NCBI GenBank assembly: GCA_977030845.1
Contig: OZ365113.1
Coordinates: forward strand, 33,542,001 to 33,606,000
Origin: Fimbriosthenelais zetlandica
Lineage: Eukaryota
Length of the DNA stretch: 64,000 bases
Direction: 5' to 3'
Made by a program: the position numbers and the translations under genes. Positions 50,505 through 61,800 of the stretch are shown piece by piece. Position 1 is the first letter of the stretch, and each line of letters opens with the position of its first letter. A model generated the notes under the pieces. It was given only the letters and a program-made list of their open reading frames with translations, had not been told where the DNA came from and did no database searches.

Positions 50505-52218
50505 AATCTGATTCATCGTCATCTGGAGTTTCCTTTAGTGCCCGAGAAACGGGAACAATGTAGTCCAGCTTCAGAATTTGTTGTAAACACTGAAGGACGG
50601 TATACAAAAGACAGACTTTACTGGAGAATGGTTCCAGTATTAGATCATCTGGGATCGCTTCCCTCCCACACTTTCCCTCGATACCTTTCACAAAATCATG
50701 ACCACACGCAACGCAATGATTAGCATTAGATGAAAGAAACGTCAAGAGATGAACAAATTTTTTATACTTGGGTTCAGAATAAGAGTTCTCTAGGATCCTA
50801 TAGGGAACTGCAAGAAGGGCTTTACCTAGAATATCACAAGCCTTTTGGAGAGAGGGTGCGGAGGAGATTGTCCCATCTTTTTGTGCCTTTTTTAACTGGT
50901 GATACAATGACATTTCAAAGGCCCCTCCTCCGGGGCAAGCCACGCCCCCTTTTTGAGAATCCTGTTGTTTAAAATCAAACGCCATCTGGAGCGATTTAAA
51001 GGTACAGTTGAGGACTGAGGCCACTTGATCACAGATACCAGGGGTGGGCGCAGTTATTACGATTGTACTCTGCACCTTTCTGTCTGAACTCTTTGATTGA
51101 ATTCCCTTTAGATATATACATCGTCTTCCACCAATGACTACCGACATAACAGACCCTACTTGCCCTGAAAATTTAACAATATCTAAGAAATCACGGTCTT
51201 CCGAAACAACAGATAAGTGACCAATAGTCGAAATCCTCTCGATCATTTCTTCAGGCACACACTGAACTATAGAAATTTTTTTCTGTGATAACAAAAACGC
51301 AAATAATTCAGAAACTATTTCTGTGATTAACACAATGTCGACATTATTTTTGCTCAAGACGTCAACAAGCTTTTTTAGACGCACTTGTTTCAACTGCAAA
51401 GAAGCTGTTGCTTCTTCGAGCGTTCTAATCCGTATCACTGTGTTAATGTCAGATGGACAGCACTCCTCCAATGGGTAATCAACGAGAATCAATTTTGCAT
51501 TCGTCAGGTCTTTGGCAGGGGCAGTTACAGCGACAAAATCCCTCTGAATGACAAGTCCTTCAAGGACCCTAGTCCCCAAGATACTCTCTCCCGGATTGTC
51601 CACGCAAATGATGTCAAAGTTATTGGTGATTTCAAGTAGAACTGGTGCAATTCGCTCGACATTTTCACAGTTATCAAAAAGGAATTTTTCAGATACTTTA
51701 GTCAGATGGGACCTTGCCCCTGAATTAAATTTTCCCTGAAGAGACCCAGAAATTAATTTCTGGCATCTGAGTTTTACCTCTTCCAATGACAAGTTGTCTA
51801 CTCCATGTTTTGAGTAATGATATTCAAGTTGAGTTAGAATTGGAGGCAGGATTTCATTTTTGATCACTGACAAATCCCTGATGAAGGAAATTCTCTGAAA
51901 TGCAGAACTTAGACCACATCTATTTCTCTGTTCAGTTATACACCTCAGTGTTTCAGTGACCATGAGTAAAAATGTTTTACTGTTGTCTCCAGTTAACTGG
52001 TGATGGGAAAGTACCCCATTCACTAGGAGTCTACCAATTGGGTGAGCCAGATGAAGTGATTTAAGCACAAAGTATCCACTATTTGTGATAATCATGCGTC
52101 CTGTAGATGTGCAGAGAAGGCAGTGTAATGCGTTAGGACCGTAGCTTTTCTTCAGAAGAGTATCCAGACTTCCACAGACTTGGACGCATTTTTCCAAAGT
52201 CAATTCATGGTCTGCCAT
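50503..52218 (-). CDS. BBS10: Bardet-Biedl syndrome 10 chaperonin-like protein, 571 aa, intronless CDS
   Basis: [29 protein letters not shown] matches recalled BBS10 [45 protein letters not shown] and C-terminal [28 protein letters not shown] match [28 protein letters not shown]. Confidence 0.87.
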   Translation of the reverse strand: [571 protein letters not shown]

Positions 52219-52543
52219 AATTGTTCAGCTTGGACTGCAAAGATAAAAAAAATAATGATACATCGACAATTCACAAATACTTTTTAATCGAATTTACTTA
52301 CACGATTAGGGGGAGTCAGTTTAGGATCTAGCCTATCATATTGTGTATTGACATGCCATTGGCATTGCCAAAGCCAAAGGCAATGCATTGGCCATTGCTC
52401 GGTGGCACTGCCACTTCATCTATCACTCAGCCGCCTATAGGCTATACAAACCCTCTAGCTCTGCCGCAATTAACGCCAAAGAATGATCCTAAAGTAATTA
52501 GTAACAGATATATCATATTAAACATTCACACACTCTGTCTTAC

Positions 52544-52640
52544 CGTCGAAATTAACCCCCTTGCCGCTTGCGATTCCGTGGACAAGGACGCATTGTTTAC
52601 TCGTCCGCCATTTTACTTTTCGATGATCACGTGATTAGGC
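52544..52640 (-). promoter_or_regulatory. BBS10 non-coding first exon and proximal promoter
   Basis: Minus-strand donor GACG|GTAAG at 52543 and acceptor TTTATCTTTGCAG| at 52235, 16 nt before the ATG; YY1-like AAAATGGCGG and E-box ATCACGTGAT (52626-52635). Confidence 0.6.
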
Positions 52641-52833
52641 GTAAAATTGCCTCAAACAAATGCGCTCGTATATAATATATGTGCGTATATCTTGGCCTTT
52701 CCATACACTAAAATACGGGTTTACTTTGGTAAAAATTTAGTTATTTATTAGTGTATTTTTCTTCATGTTTTAGTTCGACAGGAACAAAATAAAGTAACAG
52801 GTCATTGATCCTCGAGGCAATGTAGCATCCATC

Positions 52834-55800
52834 ATGGCGGACAAGGAGGATGAGAACCAGCTTCTGTTTTTCGACACATTTTCTCATGAAAACACCGAGG
52901 TAGGCTTTACTCGTATAATCTATTCATATCAGAAGGAATCACCAGTATTAGCTCTCTCTGAAAATCAAGGATTCAGTCTGTTTCACTCCATATTAACGTC
53001 AGAATCACCCCCTGGATCCACCCCCTCTTTCTCGACACCGGCTTCTATTTGATTTGCCGTTGGGTTAAATTGAATTTTAGGGCGCATTTTTCACTTCATA
53101 TCTTGCCCATCTCCCTCCTTCTCCCCGTTGCGATGTTAGAGTAAAGAAAATACTGGATTCACATAGATTGCAGTGTTGTTTACCATTAAGGAGAGGGTTA
53201 TTTGGTTTATGTTGTGTATTGGTGAATCCAGCGTGTTCACGGGCCACACTGCGCCTGTGCTGCGGTGGGCCCCGCTGTGGCCTTGTTTGTAAACAAGACT
53301 TTGACATTTGACAGGTGCCATGAAAAATCTGTCCAACCAGGCCCTACTGTAAACTCAAACTCAAACTTATGTATTTGTCACTGTTAGATACCAACTAAAT
53401 AAGAAATACACAACTAAGTTAAGAAGACCTGACTTAAATTTAATTTGATGAGAAATTACCTAAATATTAATTTTTCATGTTTGGGGATGAGTTTAGATTT
53501 TAGACTAAACTTTTAGTTGGATGGTTTTGTCATCACTTTAGGGGAGAGGACTGCCTTCACATGATATCTAATTTTGTTCATTTTCAGGATTTGAATTTGG
53601 ATTTAGTACAGTTTTCTAAACCTGTTATCATCAGTGAAATAAGAGTAATTCCCCTCGGAACAAAAGTCACAGCTGATGTACCTGGTGGTGTCAGACTCGG
53701 GTAAGTTTTGTTAGGAAAGTCATAATTTATTTGGGTTTGACATTAATGTGTTTAAGTTAAGACAAATCTATCTGGTAAATATTAATCCTTTATACTGTTT
53801 ACTTGTGTTTGCAGGGCTACCCGCCCCTCATCCTTCAAGCTAGAGTTCTTTGTGAACAACTTAGGTATACCGAATGCATCGGTATTTGAGAAACTTGGGG
53901 TGTAAGTATTTTCACTATTCCTTTCTGTCCAATAATGATCATTGCATTTACCATGACTATGAGTCTCGAAATCTAAGAGTTTTCATTTAATAGTATCAAC
54001 CACTTCATTTAATATTATCGACCACGCCTCTTTTTCAGATTGGAATATAAAGAGAATGTTGATATTCAAATAAAAACAAATAAATCGGTGAGTATCTAAT
54101 TTTCTCTCTTCTGTTGGATTTTACCTGCTTTTTCAGCAAGAAAATTCTTCTATGAAAGTTCATTTTCCCTCGTTGTCCTCGACCCGAAAAATATTTATAA
54201 ATGCTTTATTTTACTCTATAGGATCTACCAACTGATGGACTGATCTTGAAAGGCTGGTATGCTACGATAACGATCGCTGTCTATGGAGCACCAACTCAGG
54301 TGTCGCGAGACCGGGCCTCTCCTCCACCTCCCCCTCCACCTCAACAAGCAAGGGCCAAACCTCAAAGTAAAGATACACAGACAATTTGCATCCTTATCAC
54401 TTACTGTTGCACCTCCTATCTCTCCTAATAATTAATGAGTTTGGGTAATATTGACACAAGAGCGCATTTTTCGGACACACATGTTCACAAATTAATGAGT
54501 TAACCTGTTAATTATTAAACTGAAGACACCAATAATTCCTTTCCATTTCTGCATAGATATTTGTTCTTGTTAATTAACTTAAATTGTTTCCTATCCCTCA
54601 TTTCATTCCAGCGGCTTTAATGGTTATAAATAATACAACATGGTTGGTCCGCGGTTTGTAGATCTCAAGATTAAAAACGGATATTTAGTTGAAAGTTTAA
54701 TTGTTATAAAATGTTTCCTAAAATGTTTCTTAGGCTGTTGCAACCAAATGTTCTTCGACTGTTTGATAAGATGTTACTTTTCAGTGTTAATACTAACCAT
54801 GTGTCGTTTCCGTATCAACAGACACCCTAACCTTTACATGTTGAATTTTTGTCTCAAATAGTTTAAAATTTACCTGAAAAGATCCCTCTAAAAATATTAA
54901 TGAATTGAAGAAACCCTTGAATTTACTTTGATTCTGACATTGTTTCTTCCTAAAGTGTTCATTTTCATACCTTGACTTGATTCTGAGATATCTAAAGATG
55001 TATTACAATAATATTCTTTTCAGCTAGCCAAGGTATCTTTGTCAATATGTTTGCCTAATAATTCTAACTCTATATTGGATATGTTAAACATAAGGTATTA
55101 AGTTTAAGCCTTTCCTATGATTTCAGCCATTCCCCAGCCGGTAGTATCGCCACACCCCACTGACTACACAGCCTCTGCTGTCCACCCTTCAGTCATGCCT
55201 GACCGTACTCCAGAATGGACGGAAATGGCCCCGCGAGCTCATGACTATAACCCAGTGGGCCTAGACTATGTGGCTGTGGCTCCCATGCCTGTACCGCCAC
55301 CCATACCCACTGCTCATGTCCCCAACATGCCTCCCCTCCCACAGAACCAACTGGAGGCCTATCCCCCTGTGGATCATATGGGTCATCCTAACCCTCCGCC
55401 TGTTGTCATTGAACCTATCCTAGACAATAGGAATCTAATACCAGATAGCTCAACTCCTATCCTAAGAGACGCGCATGAATTTGACTCTCCTAATATATAT
55501 GAAGAAAGGCGGAGAGAGAAGGAAAGAGAGAGGGAGAGAGAAAAGGAAAGGGAGAGGGAACGGGAGAGAGATAGGGAACATGAGAGGGAACGAGATAGAG
55601 ACTCGAGAGACAGCCACATTCGTGGCAGTAGAGAGAGGAGTCAGTCTTCTGAGAGGGACTACAGAGACATGCGAGGGTCGAGGGAAAGCTCGCGTGAACC
55701 CAGAGACAGGGATCACTGGGATAAAGACAGGGATCGGGACAGGGACAAGTTCAGAGACAAAAGTCGTGACCACGACCGCGACTCCAAAGATCGGACTAGA

Positions 55801-58800
55801 CCGCGCTCCCCTGTGAGGGCAAGGTCAAGATCTAGGTCAAGGTCACCTCTGATGAAGGACCGACGAGACTCTCGCGACTCGCGAGATTCTCGTGATGCCA
55901 AGGAGCCAATCAGAAACACTCGGGATCACTGGGAAGGACGGGACGCGCATGACTCACGAGATGCTCGGAGGAACTCCCGCGAGCCTCCTGAACCGCGAGA
56001 TGTCCGCGACAGTAGGTCCGACAGTCGCGAGCACCATGATCCACACAGTAACTGGGACCCCATGGATATTAAAAAAGAGACGCGCGAAAACAATGGACGC
56101 GAAACTGGTGCAAGGGACACCAGCGAGAAAACATGGGAACCAGTTGTTAGGGAGCTTAGAGAAGTCAGGGAGAATAATAATAGAGAAGTGAGAGAAGGAA
56201 ATATAAGAGATGTTACCAAAGTTAGAGAGAATGCTAACAGAGACTCGAGAGAGAACACTGACCTACCTCTCAAACCTGAACCCACTGCTACACCCATGGA
56301 CGTCTCAGAACCAGGTAAATATATTAATTATAAATTTTTAAAATGATTTTTTCTCTTTTTTTAAACCAAAAGCTAAGAAGTAATTATTATTAAATAATCC
56401 ATATATATTTTTTTAAGAGTAGGGTAAAATCTTATACAAGATAATTTTTATTTAGATAATATTATTAAAATATATTTTTGAACTAGGAGAACTTGCCGAG
56501 ATAGAGAAGTCGGATGAGTTGTTTGAACCTCTGACTCCTGATCAACCTGATGAGAACATTGAGCGAATATACGGAGGCCTCAGTGATGGGGAAATACCTG
56601 TAAGTGTGCTCAAGCATTATAGTTTTAATTAATTTTGTCTTATTATATTTTTATTAAAGCTTTGCCCAAAAAAGACAGGATCTAAAACCAGTTGTAAAAA
56701 TTAATTTCATAATCTATCTGTGATATGATGATGCTCATACAATTTAGAATTAATTTTTCTAAATAATTAATTATTCATTTAGGAAGGAGAAACTGAGGTG
56801 TATGAAGAAATATCTTCAGGGGAAGATAATCTATCAGATTTTGATGGTAACGAACCGCAAGCTCACCCAAATGTAAGTCTAACTTTTATCAAATTCTTAT
56901 AACTCATTTTTCTGTCACTGTCTTAAACTACTGTCTCATTTAATTTTATGGTAGGTTATTTAATATCACTTATTTCCCATTTCAGATGGACGCCTGGGAA
57001 TATGACATTGAGGAGGCCTGGGACTATGGCCTCTCCAATTTCAATCCTTATCGCTGTGAACTGGCACCACTCGGAGTAAGTACAGAAATTTAAAAAGAAA
57101 ACTTACCATTTTGTGGAAAAAAAACAGAAATTTAAGATGGAGTTGATGGAATTTAAAATTTGAGAATAGAGTTTAAAATTGAGTGAATAGAATTTATAAA
57201 ATTGGTTAAATATAATTTAAAATTCTGGGGATAAAATGTCAATGGAACTTTTCATAATCAGACGTGGCCGATATCTCATGGACTTGGCATTGTAAAAATG
57301 TATTTACTATTGAGGAGTGTTCTTAATATCAGTTTTCATGTTTTTCCGCCTTATTTTACAGACGTTTAACGACCCCTCACTGACGGATTACGAGGTGAAG
57401 AAGCAGCAGTTGATCACCTCCCGGGATACAGCGGTCCCGGCCTCAACTGTGAAGATCCTAGACATGATCTCTACGTTTAAAGGAGGACCACATCATGAGA
57501 GATGGGTGGAGGCCATGGAGAGCCTACCCCCACTCATTGTACCTGGTCTGGTCTATATCATCAACAAGATGGACAACAAAGGTAATGACAACTCACTAAC
57601 TAAATATCTACTCAAATAATGATAGCTCACTAAGTTAACAATCTACAGTACAGAAACTCCAACACCCTCCTCTTCTCTCTAAGTCACTTTTTTCCACAGC
57701 TATCTCCCTCCCTCCTTCCCTCCCACATCCTCCATTCTAATTCACCCCTTTCTACAGCTATCTCCCTGCCTCTTCTCAAATTCACCCCTTTCTACAGCTA
57801 TCTCCCTGCCTCTTCTCAAATTCACCCCTTTCTACAGCTATCTCCACACCCTCCTCCCTAATTTGCTCCTTTCTACAGCTATCTCCCACCCTCTCCCCAT
57901 CACCCTTCTCCCTAATTCCTTCCTAATGATTTGTATTTATTTGTTTTACAGAAGTTTTGGATACGTTGGTATCGTGGACATTAGAAGGCCTGGATTTAAG
58001 TAAAGCTATGGCCCAGCCTGAGACGGCCTACAAAGTGAGGCACCTGAAGATGGGCATCAAAATGACGGGCGCACTCTGCTCCTGTGACTCCTTCGTAGCT
58101 TCTATCATGCTCGTAAGTCTTCACTGAAATTTCCTGCCATACCAGTATATGATACATTGATTTATCTCAATTAACATGTATCACAGCATTCTCTTAAATC
58201 TTGATTAGCACCAAGTAAAGAGAACGAAAAAAATAGAAAGAAATAGAGATTTTTCTTCTCAGTGTTCAGAGGTGAATAGATATAAATTAATTAAAATAAA
58301 TTAGATTACAGAGGAGTGTTGGAAAGTCATGAAAAAGTTTTAGAATTTAATTTTCACATTACCCTGGTAAACCTAAATAATCTCGGCGCGTTTCAACCAT
58401 GTGTCAGGTAACCTTTATAGATAAAACCATTTACATCAACATATATATCTGAAAATCTCTAGAGATATACCAAGATTTATTTGATTCAAGATAGGCTTTT
58501 TTAAAAACGCCAATTTTTAAAAAAAATGGAGATGTCAGGGGACAAACTATTGTTCAAATAGTTCCTTTCTTTAATAAAAAATTGGCTGTTTTTTTCACAG
58601 ATGCAGGACGCCCAGGATAAGTTGATCGACCTCTACCAGTCTCAGTACATGTCATCCTCGGTGAAGCTTCAGATCGTACGAGCCCTCGACTCATCCACGC
58701 GACTCCGTGACGGCCTTGACTGGTTCCTGGGCCGGCACCATCTCCAGGTTAAGACGTCCTCCAGCGGCAGGCTTACTCCCTACCAACGTATGCTGGAGAT

Positions 58801-61800
58801 CATGCTCAATAAACAGGTCAGTCATTCACTCATTACCATACTTTATTATCATACCTACAAGTGTTTTAAGATAAAAGAAGACTAAATAAAGTCGAAAGCT
58901 TGCAATAAAAACAGGAAGTCTGGGGTTGTTCGAGCTCTTTTCACTAATTCTTTAATATAAAATGTTTTATTGATTGAAAACTAGTCTCAAAATATACCCA
59001 GTATAGTATAAATCTAAGTTTTTAAAAATTGTAAATTATATTGTTAAACAAAAAATCGAAATATTGTTTTTATAAATTTAAAATAGAAAATAATTCAGAC
59101 AGTCACCAGCCTTAGTCATTTCCACATAAACCCAAGTCTAGAAAAAACTTGTATTAATCAAATATTCCAGAAAGATAAGTTCCTAATGAATACATTTTTG
59201 TGCATTTCAACAAAGTTGCTTTGTCTGGTTGCAGGTCGCTCGCTCAATGGTCACATTATCCGCATTAATGAGGAAAGTTCACACCTACGAGATCCTCCTC
59301 AAGTTAACCCAAACGGTGGAAATGTGAGTCAAACAAGAATCTTTCTATTTTCCTTTTCAACTTCTTCTGTCTCGTAATAGTTAGCAAATAAATCACTACC
59401 TTTTGTGATCTCTTAAAATTAATGAAAAATGGTTTAGTCTTGAGAAGCCCTTGATGAACAGGATCTGACTTACGTTTTTAAAAAGCCTATCTTTAATAAA
59501 AATAAATCTTGGTATATCTCTAGAGATATTCAGATTTATATGTTGATGTAACTGATTTTATCTATAAAGGTTACCTGACAAATATGAAGCGTGGTAAGTG
59601 CGCCTTGGTGGGATGCTTTGGGTGGTTCAGTTCTCATGGCATGAAAGTTCGCCCCCATCCTTAGGAGAATCAATTTAAATTCCATTTTGTGTAACGTTAC
59701 AGAGATAGGGACTTCAAATCTATTGTCAGAAAAAAAGCTACAGAAGTAAAAGGAATGAAGCTAATTTGAAAATATAATATTGGGTCCTGAAAATTGCATG
59801 AGTTTTAACTGATCAAGTCCATCAATTTTATTTTATACTAAATTAATTTACATGGGATGTTTTTTCCCTAGAGGGAATGTGAGGGGTGATTGCTATTTGA
59901 CATTGAATAGTACTTGAGAGCACGAATTTGTTGCTTCTTTGACACTGAGAGAAGATTCTGTGGGACTGTTATTTATCAGTGCATGCATGATGCTTACATT
60001 CCATGTGGACTTGTGTTCCACTCAGTTCAACTCCCTCCTTTTATATTCCCTCTAAGGCCACACCCATCTACATGTTGAGTTTAAATGGCACTTTGGGCTG
60101 CTTAAGAAAGTGTACAATATAAATTGAGATTTTTACTTCCAATTACTGGAAATCTATATTTTATAAAATTGTTATTTTATGAGAATTTCCTATCTTATAT
60201 GTATACCATATGTTCCCAAAAAGATTTCTCAAAGTGTTGTACCGCAAATTATACTCAGTATAATTATTGGAATCTGGCATTGAAAAGAATTTAAACATTC
60301 TGGGACAAGTATGTCTTATGTAGTTTAAGATTTGCTTTTGGAGAGTTTATCTCTCTCTAAGTTTAAGATCATGTACATCTGTCGGGACTTTAAATATAAA
60401 AATGTAAATAAAATGAACGGTTAATAATATAAAAAAAAATATTTAAAAAATATCAAAATATTATTTTGTACATCAGGATCACGGAGAACGCCATGATGGT
60501 TGATAAGGAACTGAAGCCAGTCATTGATGGAGAGAGTCCCATGGAGACCGAGGCGGAGGTGGCACTGGACACGGTGGTGGAGGAGGAGGTGGAACTGGTC
60601 ATCAGTTGTCTAGAGGAGATGACCACCATGATGCTGCGTGCTGAACCTCTCATTGTAAGTCTGAATTATTAAAGGGAAACGCAACACTTAGACTTAATAA
60701 GGCCTTATGTATAGACCGACATCAGAACTTTAACCTGTTAAAATATGGCGCCCATTTATTCATTATATTCGCTATGTGCACTGATCTTCTCTAATTGTAA
60801 GTCAATCATTTTTAAAGGGAAACGCAACACTTACATCAAGTAGGATCTTTAATATGAATATAGACTGAAATGTACCCTGTTAAAATATGGCGCCCATATG
60901 CAAAGAATCTTGTCCTAAAAAAACTCATGTGCAACCCTTTAAATTGTAAATGAATAATGTATTAATTATTTGTTGTTTACAGGGACAGCCACGGCGCACA
61001 CTTCCAGCTAAAGTCAAATTTTCTGTCACTTTAAAGCCGTATGATCCATACCCAAACCTTTTCCACATGTTCAATTCAAGGTAAATTACATTCCTACGTC
61101 TCCGATTTCTACAATTTAAATTTCAAAATGCATTAAGTTACATTATAACTTTTGTTTTTGCTTCGTTATAATACCGATACTGAAATGATGGAAAATTGTC
61201 ACTCCGACCAAATTTTATTAATTATTTATTATCCGTAAATACTAATTGATTAATGTATATTGTGTCTGTTGCAGTAAGTTGTTGGAGGTGGTCTTTGTGT
61301 TGTTGACCAGCCCAGCTACAGCCAGCCACTGTGGAGCATTCATGGCAGTACGTGAGCTGCTCCTCAGACTCATTGACACACAGACCGGCCTTCTTTACTT
61401 GAGTGCCAAACCCGACCTTGTCAACGGTATCACAAGGACTCTAATACAGGTGCGAACTCAAATTATTACCGTCAAATTTATAGATATTTAGATATCATAG
61501 ATATTTAAAGTGTAAACTCAGAGGTTTTGGGTCCTTGAGTACATTCGCTTGGTGAAAGTTCTGTGTACATAACGATTTATAAAAATCAGAAATAAGTTTT
61601 GAAAATAGGTGTTTAATCTTCTATGGTATATTTCATTGTTTTTTTTTTACCTGTTTTGTGGTTTTTAAGTCATCCAAAGCTTGCTACTATGTGAATTCGA
61701 CCAGAAAATAAAATAAATAATTTGTTTTGCGGTTACAGCAGGACTTCTCACATGTGGAGGGGACAGATGATAACCCAGCCCAACAACTCGGACTGCAACT

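Noticed and set aside
55383-56297. Several overlapping ORFs (Ser/Leu-rich, Gly/Thr-rich) on both strands
   Set aside because: Alternative-frame and antisense shadows of the purine-rich VIRMA repeat exon.
61736-61741. NAGNAG tandem acceptor (CAGCAG) at VIRMA exon 17
   Set aside because: A common feature that changes only one Gln.
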